From: Anas platyrhynchos | Taxonomy: Eukaryota | Assembly (NCBI RefSeq): GCF_047663525.1 | Contig: NC_092619.1 | Span: 4,629,441 to 4,693,440, forward strand | Direction: 5' to 3' | DNA length: 64,000 nt | Shown: positions 37,600 to 49,854 of the stretch, piece after piece | Layout: each line of letters begins with the position of its first letter | Position numbering within the stretch: the stretch's first letter is position 1 | Program-made: the position numbers and the translations under genes | Notes under the pieces: model-generated | The model's input: only the letters and a program-made list of their open reading frames with translations | Databases searched by the model: none | Told to the model about the DNA's origin: nothing

Positions 37600-38600
37600 G
37601 AGTTGAGTGAGACAACGTGGGGGCATGGGCATCGTAGCGGAGGTGTGGCAGATGTGGAGGGTGAGAGGGATGGTTTCAGGGGTTGTCCTGGGGGCACAGT
37701 AGCAGACACGGGGACACAGAGGGGTCACTGCAGGAGACGTAGATGGGAAGTGTCACTGTGGACTAGGTGGGGACACAGGGTCACGACAGGGCTGTGAGAG
37801 TAAGGGGGGTACAAGGGTCCTTGCAGGGAAATGGTGGACATGGGGGTCACTGTGATGGACCTGAGTTTAACCCGGGGGACTGGGACAAAGGTTTTCACCA
37901 TGGGGGATGTGGGCGACAGGCTGGGGATGGGGACAGTACAGGGGCACGAGTGACACTTTGGCGACAGAACACACTGAAGGGATTGGAAACAATGCAGGGA
38001 CACCTTGGGGAGAGGTACACAGGCTCAGCGCAAGGACAAGGATGACACACTGAGGGGGGGGGGGTCTACAGGATAAATTCTGGGCCATGAGATGGCTAGA
38101 GCAGGTATGGAAGAGAACGGGGAACTATAGGGGCTATAGGAGCTGTGAGAAACAAGAGGGGGATTAGAGGAGCTCTAGGGGCTATGGGTAGCCATGGAAG
38201 GTTACGGAGATGTGTTACAGAGAGGGATTGTGGAGTCTATAGAAGTTACAGGAGACTGGGGGGTGGGAGAGTGGGAGGGAGCAGAGGAAGCACAGCGGTG
38301 CCAAATGAACTGTAGGAGCTCCAGGGGTGCTGAGGAGCCTGTAAAGAGCTGCAGGAATACCTGAGCAGGCAGCTGGAAGGATTACAGAAAAACCCAGTGG
38401 GTTACAGGAACTCTAAGAGAGCCATTGGTGAGCTAGAGTTGTTCCAGGGGTCATGAAGGGCTAAAATAGCTGAAGCAGCTATAGGGGACCACAGCAAACT
38501 GCAACTCAGCTATAACGGGCCACGGTGGGGCTAAGAGTTATAGAAGACTGTCATATGCTACAAGAGCTGGGGGGCTGTCTGTAACTACCAGGAAGGCTGC
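37600..38600. repeat. minisatellites in MVP intron 2 (GGGACACAGG/GTGACAC units 37600-38050; GGAGCTATAGG/GGGCTACAGG units 38090-38600)
   Basis: Tandem degenerate 10-25-bp units visible by eye. Confidence 0.65.
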
Positions 38601-38644
38601 AGGGGCCTGGGGGGGCACTGCAGGGAGGGCGGTGTTACAGGTAC

Positions 38645-38840
38645 CTGCTGGAGCTCCTCGCCGGGGTACAGGGGGAAGGGCTCCTGGGCCAGGCGGACGT
38701 CGAGGTCAGCGTGCCGCAGACGGACCTGTCCTGCGCCATCCACCAGCACAGCCCCCGTAGGGCTCCGGGCCACGGGGTTGAGCACCACGCAGTAGTGGCG
38801 GGGGGGCACCATCACCATGCGTTTGGGCGCAAACACCACC
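38645..38840 (-). CDS. MVP: MVP exon 2 ([65 protein letters not shown])
   Basis: Acceptor gtacccacag; donor GTACCT. Matches human [66 protein letters not shown]. Confidence 0.85.
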
Positions 38841-38859
38841 CTGTGGGTACCCCCACACT

Positions 38860-39300
38860 GCTCCCCTCAGCTCTACAGAGCCCCCAGGGCCCTATGGAAC
38901 CCCTCAAGTCCTCCACAGCCCCAGTCTAGCCCCACAGCCCTCCTATGGCCCTCTACAGCCTTATGGAACCAACTCGGTCCTATAGAGGTCCTACGATCCT
39001 ACAGAACCCTCAAAAAAACCCCAACAGCCCCACAGAGCCCCTGCAGCCCTGTACACCTTCCCCCCCCCCAAGGGCCCATGAAGTCCACATAGCCCTACAG
39101 AGACCCCCAACACCTCCCACTGTCCTAAAGAGCCCCCGCAGAGCTTCCTCAAACATCACTCACAGCCCTGTAAACCCAGATCACTCTGTAGCTACGTAAA
39201 TCCCCCCCACCCCATAGCACGAATGTTTTGTAGCCCTGCCAACCACAGCATGGCACTCCCACCCCACAGCTGCTCCCCCCCCCCCCGCCACAGCATCCAC
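38860..39300. repeat. GC-rich minisatellite (CCCCACAGCCC / CCTACAG family) in MVP intron 1; reverse complement of the GGAGCTATAGG family
   Basis: Repeated ccc(c)acagcc / cctatgg / ctacag motifs. Confidence 0.65.
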
Positions 39301-39340
39301 ATCTTTCGCTGAAGGAAGGAGACTGCCCCAAAGCACCCAC

Positions 39341-39459
39341 CTCTCGTGGTCCTGCCTGATGTAGGTGTGGGGCCCAACCTCCACACGAGTGACGTTACTG
39401 TTGAGGTCCAGCACGTGGACATAGTGGTAGGGGGGTATGCGGATCACAGGGTCTTCCAT
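39341..39459 (-). CDS. MVP: MVP first coding segment ([39 protein letters not shown]-), ATG at 39459..39457
   Basis: Matches the human MVP N-terminus [42 protein letters not shown]; donor GTGGGT at 39340..39335. The upstream non-coding exon and its acceptor are not resolved. Confidence 0.8.
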
Positions 39460-39469
39460 CGGGTAGGAG

Positions 39470-40030
39470 GCTTCGCCGTGCAACAGGAGACTTTGCCACG
39501 GGGGCGGGCGAGCTCGCTGTGGGACAGAACAGCCTGCTGTGGCTCACCGTGGGAGTGGCAGGCCTTGCCACAGGCCAGAAAAGCTTAACCTGGGGCAGGT
39601 GAAGTCCCTGGGGGGCAGATGAAGTTGCCATGGGGTGGATGAGATTGCCAGGGGAGCAGAAGACCTGGCCGTGGGGTAGGGGACCACGTCACGGCTCACT
39701 GAGAGACCTCGCCACAGGCTCCGCGGTGGGGTAAGAGACTACATCATGGGCCAGAAGGGCTTGCCAGGAGGCAGAGGAGCTCGCTGCGGGGCAAAAGGAG
39801 CTCTCCGGGGAGAAGACGAGCTCACACCGCGGGCTGGGCGACCTCGCCACGGGGAAGACGAGCTCCCCGTGCCGCGGGTAAGCTCGCCACGGGCTGCGGC
39901 ACCCCAAAATGGCCGGGACACCTCGCTCCGGGGCAGGAGAGCTTTCTGCCGGGCAGACAGCCCCGCCGCGGGGCAGGAGACCTCACCTGGGGCGGCGAAG
40001 GAGATGAGCTCGCTGGGGGGGGGGGGGTCA
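39470..40030. repeat. minisatellite, about 30-bp unit (GAGCTCGCCACGGGGCAGGAGA-like), roughly 18 copies, in the MVP 5' UTR intron
   Basis: Visible tandem periodicity of gagctcgc(c/t)(a/g)cggggc... units. Confidence 0.7.
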
Positions 40031-40039
40031 GGAGATCTG

Positions 40040-40560
40040 CCCTGAGGCACAGCAGCAGGCGGCAGAGCGGAGGAAGCCCGGAAGAGCTCTTTGCCTTTGC
40101 CCTGGCCCAGCCCTGCACGCAAGGCAGGGCCCAGCCCACCGGGGCCGCCCCACGGGCCGGGATCTGCCCCCCACCCGCGGCGGGACTGACCCCAGGCAGG
40201 GCGTGCCCCCCCTTCCCCCCACCAAGGCGGATTTACCCCCAGGTAAACGCGGACTGACGCAGGGCAGCCCCCGCTCCCCGAGGCGGATCTGCCCCGGGCG
40301 GCTCCCCGTTTCTCCGGGCACACCCCGGGGGGGGCTGCGGGGCACGGCCGGGCTGGCTCCAGCAGCGGGCACAGCCCCGGGCCGGGCCGGGCCGGGCCGG
40401 GCCCCCCCCCCCGGCAGGCTCCAGCCCGTCGCTAGGCGACCGCCGCCGCCATTTTGCCGGTCGCAGGCGCCGCTCCCTTTGCCCCCTTCCTGCCTCATTG
40501 GGAGGGGTTGGGGGGGGGGGGCGGGGAGGTTTGTGGTATGTGGAAAAACTCAAAGCAAAT
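40040..40560 (-). promoter_or_regulatory. MVP: CpG island / presumed MVP promoter and 5' non-coding exon region
   Basis: Extremely GC- and CpG-rich: (GCCGGGCC)n at 40378-40402, poly-C and poly-G runs. It lies directly upstream, in gene orientation, of the MVP first coding segment, which sits after a minisatellite-rich 5' UTR intron. Confidence 0.5.
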
Positions 40561-42130
40561 GAGTTATAAAGTAGGCATGCGGTTTATTTCGGCGCCGGGT
40601 GTGTCCCAAAGGCATAAAGCGGCGACTTGCTGTGGTGATAATGCAGTAAAAAGTTAGGCACGCAGGAAGTTTCCCACTACGCCTATGCATATTCATAACC
40701 TATCCCCGCTTTGTATTAAAATTACCTCCAAGAAGTTATTTCCTTAAACTCCTCCATTCTGCGCCTGCACAGTGCCATCGCAGTGGTCATCAGGGGGGCC
40801 GTGGGGATGAAGGCTGATAACTCCTCTTCATCGCCACTGGCTGCTCCCCCCCCCCCGGCTTTGGACAGACTCAGCTGCTCCTTGGCTCTTGCCCAAACCA
40901 CACGGTCGGTCTCAGCTGTTTTTTTGAGACGTGTTCCCCATTTTTGTCAGGAAACATCCTCTGTGAGGGGCCCCGAGACTCCTTGTTTTGGTTAATTTGC
41001 ACAGCAGTAAGCAAAGACGCTCAGCGACGTCTATTTTAATGCGATTAGGCAAGCCTCCGTTCTTCCATCCCTGGCTTTAACAATAATGATTACTTTATTT
41101 AGAAATCATTAATGTGATTAAACAAGCCCCCATTCTTCTAACCCTGGCTTCAGTGGGGGGCAGAGGAGGGTGACACGGGCCGAGAACGTGGGGATGGAGG
41201 GGCACAGGCAGTTATGCAGGGACAGGGGAGGACATAGGGACACAGTGTGGGGACACCCAGGAGGGTGGTTGGGGACAGGGACCATAAATGATGGGGCCCC
41301 TGCTGTGTCCCCAGGGCTCACCCCCTGGGATGTGGCCCTACACCCCAACCTGCTGGCAGGGGCCCAGGGACAAGTGCTGCAAGCGCTCAGCAGCAGGGAC
41401 CCCTGGGTGCAGTGGTGAGTGTGGGCAGGGCATCCCTGTGTCACCAACTGTGGTGCCCTGTGTCACCCTGCTACCTCCAGGGTCACCCTGGGGTGCCACA
41501 GCCGGCCTGTTGGTTGCCCCGGCGCCCCCCAGTTTGCTTTGTGTTACCCTCTGGGATCCCATGTCACCCCTGTAAGCCTGTATTACCCTGACTTGCCCCA
41601 CAGCATCCCTGTGGTCCCAAGCTTACACTCTGTCTCTCTCAGGATCACCTTCTGTTATATCCTGAGGTCTGAGTCCCCTGGCGTGACCTAGGCCACCATG
41701 TGCCACTGCAGAGGCTCCTGGGTAACCCCATGCCACCCCATGGTGCCCCCTGTGTCACCCCAGGATCCCCTGATGTGTTCCATGATATTCTCTAGCACTG
41801 CACGGGGAACCTTGGTTCACCCCATGCCAACCCCCAGAGTCCCTGGCATGTCCCATGGCAGCTTATGTTAGGGTCCTCTGGTGTGCCCCACACCATATCC
41901 AGTGGTTGCCTGTCACTCTCTGGGTCAGCTGGTGTCTCTCCAGGTTCCCCACGTCACCCAGTGCCAGCCCCTAGGGTTCCTTGCCTTACTTATGTCCCCA
42001 CCATCAATCATCCTTGTGACTCTATCTCCCTCCTCGCTGTGCCTGTAACCCCTTTTGCACTACCAGAGTGTCCCCCAGGGTCACAGTGCTACCTGCAGGT
42101 GTCCCCGGGACACTCCTGGATGCTCTGCAG

Positions 42131-42190
42131 GTGGAGGACCTGGCCAGGATGCTGAGCTTCTCGGTGATGCACGTGGCTGCAGTGCTAGAC
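42131..42190 (+). other. orphan exon-like segment (VEDLARMLSFSVMHVAAVLD) with flanking AG and GTGAGT; gene unknown
   Basis: ctctgcag|GTGGAG...CTAGAC|gtgagtggg, an open 20-codon frame. No homolog recognised, so this could be chance. Confidence 0.15.
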
Positions 42191-42794
42191 GTGAGTGGGT
42201 GATACGCAGGTAGTATAGGTGATGCGTCGCTGGCATGGGTGACATACGCATCACAGTGGTGAAAGGGGTGACAGCAGGTGACAAGTGGGTGACACAGATG
42301 CCACCTACTGCCACTCTCCTCTCTGCATGCCAACCTGCCCAGCACATGGGGGACACCCATATCACCCTCAGGTCCCTCCAGCCTGTCTCCAGTGGTATCA
42401 GCCTGCTCCTGTGTCCCTGGGTGCAGGGGCTACAGCGCATCCAGACACCCTGGGTCCAGGGGTGATGGGGGAAGGGGTATGCCCTCCTTGCATCTCTAGG
42501 ATGCCTGGATCCTCCAGATATGAACTGAGGAGCTTTGGGGAGAGGGGTTCCCTGTACTCTGAGGTCCCCAGGCCCATGTCAAGGCTGTTTAGAGGGCAGG
42601 AGGCAGATGGATGTCTGGATCTCTCAGATGCCTTAGGTCCCCTGGACAGAAGCTGAGGTGATTTGAAGGAGAGGGCAAACCTGGACACCTAGATTCCTTG
42701 GATATAAGTGGAGCCATGCATGTTAGCACCCTGGTCACCTGGGTGCCTCAGAAACAGAAAACAGGGTAAACTGGACATGAGACACAGATTCAGA

Positions 42795-43265
42795 AAAGGG
42801 TTTAGGTTGGAAGGCAATTCTGGAGGTCATCTGATCCAAGCCTCCTGCTCAAACAGGGCCACAGAGAGCCAGTTGGCCAGGACCATGTCCAGACAGCTTT
42901 TGAATATCTCCAAGGTGGGAGACTCCACAACCTCTCTGGGCAGCCTGTGCCAGTGCTTAGTCACCTTCATAGTGAAAAAAGTGTTTCCCAAGGCTCAGAG
43001 GGAACCTGTTATGCTTCAGTTTGATCCCAGTGCCTCTCATCGTGGCACTGGGCATCACTGAAAAGTGCCTGGCTCCATCTTCTTTGCACCCTCCACTCAA
43101 GTATTTATATACACTGATAAGATCCCCCCCTAGGCTATCACAGTCCCAGCTATCTCAACCTTTCTTCTTAGGAGAGATGCTACAGTCTCTTCATCATGTT
43201 TGTGGTCCCACTCAGGTGCTTTCGCCGCTCCTCCCACTTCTGTGTCACCTGCGAAGTGGCAAAGG
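42795..43265 (-). mobile_element. CR1 3' fragment (minus orientation)
   Basis: Same sequence family as 28560-29000 (gggcagcctgtgccagtgcttagtcacc...). Confidence 0.75.
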
Positions 43266-43284
43266 TGGCATGTCCCACCACAGT

Positions 43285-44050
43285 ATCATAGAATGGTTTG
43301 GGTTGGAGGCCACCTTAAAGATCATCTAGTTCTAGCCCTGTTCCCACTAGACCAGGTTGCTCAAAGCCCCATGCAACTTGGCCTTGAATGCTTCCAGGGA
43401 TGAGGCATCCACAGCTTCTCTGGGCAACCTGTGCCAGTGCCTCACCACCCTCAGGGTAAAGAATTCATTCAGAATTTGTCCAGAATCATCCAGATAATTA
43501 ATGAAGATGTTAAAAAGACTGGAGACAGTGTTGATCCCTGATCTACACAGCTAGTTACTAGCTTCCAATTAGACTTTCAGTTGCAGATCACAACCCTCAT
43601 GGTCCTTCTGTTCATCCATTTTTCTACCAACATCAGTTTCTCCATGTCTAAGCCATGCATTGTCAGCATCTCTATGAGGATGTTATGGGAGACGGTATGA
43701 AAAGCCTTACGTGTGGAGGTACACATGTAATACACGCCCCTTCAGCACCAAGCTAGTCTCCTCATTGTAATGGGCTATCAGTTTGGTTAAGCCTGATTTC
43801 CCCTTGGTAAATGCATGCTGAGTACTCCCAACTGCCTTCTCCTTCATGTGTTTGGAAGTGGCTTCCAGGAGAGTTTTCTCCCATCACCTTTCTGTGGATA
43901 GTGGGGCTGGCAGGCCTGTTATTTCCCTGGATCTTTCTTTCCTCTTTCCTATCTTGAAGATAGAACTGACATTTGCTCACTTCCAACCTTCAGAAACTTG
44001 TCCCAGCTGCTATAAGCTGGTCTCTTCAGTAAAGACTGAGGCAAAGAGGG
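43285..44050 (-). mobile_element. CR1 fragment (minus), 3' terminus plus RT region
   Basis: Starts cacagtatcatagaatggtttgggttggaggccaccttaaagatcatctagttc. The internal part is homologous to the CR1 RT region at 29600-29900. Confidence 0.75.
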
Positions 44051-44556
44051 CTTTGAGCAGGGAGGGACAAAAAGCGAGGCTTCTGCAAGAACATAAACAG
44101 CAAAAGAAAGACTAAGAAAAACATTGGCCTGGGACTGAATGGGACTGGGGAATGAGTGACAAGCAACAAGAAAAAGGCTGAAGTACTCAATACCTTCTTT
44201 TGCTGTTTATGCTGTTTGTTGTGATGCCTTCACATCAGCTATTAACCTTTCATGCAAATAAAGTTTTTCTCTTGGACCTGCAATGATTGCATTCCATTGA
44301 TCATGACTTATTTCACATTGCTCTGAGCTGCTGTTATAGTTTCCCTAGCTCATTTTGTAAAGTCCTTACTTCTGTTTCTAAATCTCGTACTTTTCCAACT
44401 TCCATCTCTAGTTGTGAGGCTTGTAAACAGGCTTTGTGGGCTTCTAAGATCTTCCTCTCTTCTGATTACGATGTTTTCTTGTCCTCTTGTCCTGCTAATT
44501 TAGGAGTTTCCTACTCCCCTTGTTTCTTGATTTCTTTTTGTAACTTCTTTATCTCT

Positions 44557-44600
44557 TCATTATTATTATTATTATTATTATTTTATTATTTTTTAGGATA
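44557..44600. repeat. (ATT)n / AT-rich microsatellite
   Basis: attattattattattattattattttattattttttagg. Confidence 0.9.
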
Positions 44601-47600
44601 TTCTGTGTGAGTCACATAAGCTATATTAGAGTGTCCACATGGCACATGGCTTCTTTTTTACTGGATTTGAATTTTGCCCATTTGCAATGCCTAACCTAAG
44701 CTTCACAGTCTGCAGAGGTGGCATCTGCTACTTTGAAACAGCAGATCCTCCAAGATCAATTTTCTCCTGTTAAATCACCCGCTTGTGGAATTCGGTAACA
44801 TCCTTTTCCTCAGTGACATATTTATTTAGTGTGAGCTGTGAGGTCTGTTTTATCTTTTGCACTTCCCACACTGCCTTTGCACAAACAAACTCTATGAAGA
44901 GTTTTGTTGTGGGCTAACTTATACGGAGTTTTAAGTGTGCTTTTTGTAAGAACTAATTCCACATTTGCTTTCCTTCAGAGTTCAGTTGATTCTGAGCATC
45001 CAGAGAGACAGACAGCAAGGTGCACTTCTGGTCATCTCATTTGCCATCTTTACAAGCCCTTCACTTTTATTTCAGGTTTTGTCTCTCAGTTTTGGGGCAA
45101 CAGGACAAACTTGGGGTGTGGCTGTTCCTCAGGGCATATTCCCAGACAAAATACTGTTTGAGTCCAACCAAGTGTGTGTCAGGAGCTATTCCTGAAGTCA
45201 GCCAACCAAATATTAAATCAACAAAGTTTCATTTATTGAGGAATGTCTGTGTGCAGCAGCAAGGGCTGCCTTCAGTCCAATATTCTACCTATAGTGCAGC
45301 TCCTTTACTATATAGGGGCAGGAGTATTTCATGCTGCTGATTTACTGCCATCCATCCAGGAGCTATGAATGACTCAGACATCTGCCTTGGAATAGTCTAT
45401 TTCCAGATGCCCAGTGAAGTTTGGGATGCGTCTCACCAGATGGTGAAGGGGTAAGGTTACTCAAAAACACAGAATAAGCACAGTAATTGTCACTTTTCCT
45501 GGCACATAAATATTTATTTATTCAGCAATCTTGCCAAACCTGGATAAGCTCAAACCCCCCAATAAAAACAACCTATTTGTCAAGCAAGCAGGAATAGGAA
45601 AATTCACAGAAGAGAGAATTTTGACTCCAGCACTCCTACACTGAATGCAGGTGAGAGATGTACATAAAAAAATTACAAATGTATCGCCTGTACCTTGCCT
45701 ACATTCTCCATCAGACTATTACACGTAGGTCTGTCATGCATGTCAAAGAGCCACTTCACAGAGAAAGTGCAAAAATGAAACTGATTTGGAGAATTTAGTT
45801 CAAATGGTGCCTACACATTTGATTTCTATAATGTTAAATGGTGCCTTCAAATTTGGGTTCTATAATGTCAAGGATAGAAACTGCACAGACAAAGGTCCGA
45901 GTGTGCAATGAAACACACACAAATCATGATATTCAGATATTCATCAGAGACTATATCTACAGGAATTCCTCTGGGGTCCGCCAGCACCTGGAAGATTTTT
46001 CCAGTTACGGTCCAGTTACAGAGGAACTTATGGCACAGATGACTGAATGAAGACAGAAGTTTCTGAGAGCGTTAGGAAAAAAGAAAGAAAGTGAGACAGC
46101 AAGCTTTCTAATATGAGTAAAGTGGGGAGAACTATGCCCTAAGTTTTGTGGTGAGTGGGGTCTGGTCCCCTGTGTTGGTCTGTTGGCTTCCCTTCCTTTT
46201 TTCTCTTCCTCTGCTTCTCTGACTCACAACACCTGCTATGCGCAGACCTTATAGTTCTACAAAAACTTTCACTGATTCTTACAAAGCCTTTTTAGATTTA
46301 CACACATTAACAAAAAAGCAGCTCCCAACAGACAGTTTTGAGCAGTACTGCCAGAGATCAAAAATAATAATAATTAAAAAATGCTGCTAACAGGGTGTTT
46401 GTTGAGTTGTGGGCAAGTATGGCTTCTCCTAGATGAAAAAAAAAAAGTTCCCAAGAACCATATCCTTTGAAATCCTACCTGGTGCAACAGCATCAAGAAC
46501 AAATAGCTCTTCCTATCTCTCTGTAGATAGTTGTATTACCACATTTGAAGGAGAATTACACAATCACGCATTGCCATCCCACACCCATCATCATAATTCC
46601 AGTCCCTGAGCCAGCACAGCAGAATGCCCAGCTGAGCCAGAAATGACTGAGATTGACTGCTGATCAAGCCTATTTATTCTTTATTGCTGACTGCTCTGGC
46701 AAGACTCACCCTTAGGTGCAGCCAAGCAAACCTCCCTGTTTAACCCTTGTAGCTTTGGATCTGACCTTATGCTCCAGCCCACACGGCTGTGAATGAGTGG
46801 ACTGGGCACAAGCTGAGAGCTCTGCATTCCTCACCCTCATGTCCCAGCTGACACCACTGATGCTGTGCAGATGCTAAATCTTCCTGCTGCCAGGCAGTCC
46901 CTGAGCCCAGGGCAGCTCCAGCTCCTTGGAGGTCTGTGATGAAGCCTACCTGTGGGCTGAGGTGGAGTTGTGAGATGAGCTCTTGACCAGAATCTTCCCC
47001 GGGGAACCTTCGGAGGGAGTGCATCTCCTTGTGGCAGTCTGGCCTGCTGTGACTGCCAGAGGGAGAAAAAAAATCAAGAGACCGATTGATGCGGAGCACA
47101 GTGTCCAGCTCCCCACAGCATGTGCTGGTGAGCTTGCACTCCCATGGCCTGTGGGGAAGACACATGCAGAAGATCTGTGGAGTCAGCACAGCCACCAGGA
47201 CAGATGCACCTGACATTGCCCTTGACATGCACTAACCCCAGCCTGCCAGGACACCACACAGTCCATCCAGCGCTGGGCCAGCTGGGGCCATGGAGATTGA
47301 ACATGCTAAGGCCAGACCCAGGCCCAGATGATGGGCGGCCATGGGGATGTTCTGCCCTGGCACTAGGCCCAGCGCTATGCAGGCAGAGGGCATCCAGATG
47401 TCCCCAGTTATAGATGGCACGGCCACTGGGTCAGCCTGTCTGGAGCTGGGTGCAGCACCCAGCCCTTCAGCCCCTCCAGCTGTTGCAGGAGGATCTCCAC
47501 TGGTGGAACAGCCAGGCCTTCACAATTCAACGGGAAAGTAGAACATTTTGTTAATTGCATGAAAATCAAAAGAAATGATGGTGGATGGGACACATGAGGT

Positions 47601-48484
47601 TTACAATTGCAAGGAGGAAAGTACAGAGCAAAGCACAGCCCCAGAAGGAAAAAGAGAGACCTGTACCCTGTGCCCTAAGACACCTAGGAGAGGACTGGGC
47701 TGAGGGGCCGATATAAGTGAAACTCAACAGAAGGGAGAACATGAAGGTAAGGAGAGAGGTGAGCTGGGTTTTAGTGGGAAAAGAGATACAGAAGGGAAAA
47801 TAAAGGTTCTTGCCGAACTAAATCTCTCAGATACTCCCAAGCGCTGAGGGAACCTGATGGCACCTGATGGCAGGTGCAAGGCAAAGACCATTTGTCCACT
47901 GAAAATGCCTTGTGGAATGAAATGTGACCATAAGGCATGGAGAAATTCCATGCAACAGAACAAGCTGGGGGCCAACTGACTAAAGAGTAACTTTGCAGAT
48001 GGGGACTTGGGAGACCTCATATTGAGTAGGAGCATGCAATGTGTTCTTGGCAGCAAGGAACAACAGCTGCACCCTGGGCTGCACTGGCAAGAACATAGCT
48101 GGAAAGTTTACAGGCATGAGTCTACTCCCTTTATTTGGCACTTGTGAGATCATATTTGCTGGGAGGGAGAAGCAGACAAGACCATTCTAATTGTCCAGAC
48201 CATCTGACTCTGTTTTGGTATCCATATCCTCCTGCATTAGCTTCACACAACTATCCCAGTTCCAGCAGTATCTCCTTCATGTCCTAGTACAGCAGCTGAG
48301 GGGATCCCCAACCTTAGCAGTTCTTCCATGAGTACCGCTGTCACATGTTCCATTGACACTGAGTACATTGGGCTATACAGAATGTGGGAGATATTCTCTG
48401 TAATTGGACCCTTCAAGAAATGTTCAGAATGTTAACTATCCTTTAAAGGAAACTAAACCAAATAAAACAAACACAAACCAAACC

Positions 48485-48990
48485 AAACAAAGCAAATAGA
48501 ATCATAGAATGGTTTGGGTTGAAAGGGACCTTAAAGATCATCTAATTCCAACCCCTTGCCATGGACAGGGACACCTCCCAGTGGATCAGCTTGCTCAAAG
48601 CTCCATCTAACCTGGCCTTGAATGCTTCCAGGGAGAGGGCATCCATGACTTCTCTGGGCAACCTCATCAACTCCTTCAGCATGTCTTCTCAGGAGAGGTG
48701 CTCTAGTCCCTTGAGCATCTTTGTGGCCCTCCTCTGGACTTGTTCTAATAGGTCCAAGTCTTTCTTCTGCAGGAGGCCCCAAAGCTGAACACAAAGCTCC
48801 AGGAGGGGTCTCATGAGGGCAGAGTAGAGGGGGTGAATCACCTCCCTCGCCCCACTGGTGAGACTTCTTTTGATGTAGCCCAGGGTACAGTTGGCTTTTG
48901 GGGCTGCAAGCATACATTGCTGGCTAATGTTGAGCTTCTTATCAACCAGCACCCCCAGGTCCTTCTCATCAGGGCTGCAAAGCAAACCAA
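48485..48990 (-). mobile_element. CR1 3' fragment (minus), ORF2 C-terminus
   Basis: gaatcatagaatggtttgggttgaaagggaccttaaagatcatctaattccaacc. - strand ORF 48689..48985 reads [91 protein letters not shown]. Confidence 0.85.
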
Positions 48991-49854
48991 ACTAAACCAA
49001 CCAACCAACCAAACAAACAAACAAAAGTACTACTTTGAATAGCATACTAATGGTAAAATTAAACAACTCTGCTGCCTTTTTCTCCACTAGGAAGGACACT
49101 GCCTGTGTCTTTTCAGCTCTAACTCATGATCTATTTCTGGACAATTCTGAGCACAGGTGTAATTTTCTAAGATGGTTTCCATATATTTCTATAGCTGTAC
49201 ATGGACCACTCTTCCTGGGCTGACAGCTCTCCATCCGTAGGTAAGTCTTGGCTTTCCAAGGGAAGCAAACTGTTCTTTGACAGTCATCCAGTAACACAAG
49301 AAAGGCTCATTACAATGAAAAAAATGTACTCCACAGGGAAGAGGGGATACAGAAACAGAACTGTGTTTTTACAGAGATTATGTTTTTTCCAGTACCCAAA
49401 TCCTGAAAAGCCTTCTGCACCATGAGCCATCTTTTGCCCTGTCTTAGGGCTCTGCTATCATTTTGTGCTGTGCGTGTGTGTGAATCTCCTCCAGCTCACC
49501 CTGGGCACTCATATGACTATATTGTTAAAATGGAACAGATCCCACCTACCTTGGCACCAGAGTTGTCTGCCTGAAAAAGTACCATGTTCATGTGAGCAGG
49601 ATGAGCAAGTCTGTGCAGGGCTCTCTTGCTACTGCTGCTCACCAGCATGGCATCTCTCCCTGCCAGCCTGCACAGCGCAGATAGTCAAATCGATCAAAGG
49701 AGAAGCAACAGACCATGGCCATCTCACACATATGCCCTGGGGAAAAGTAGCATTGCAGCTTAACCCCTATCAAAATCAAAAGATTAATTCACAAAGGCCC
49801 AAGATCTGCAGACATGCAGGAAATGCAGAACCCTACGTATGCTTTTTATCGTAG

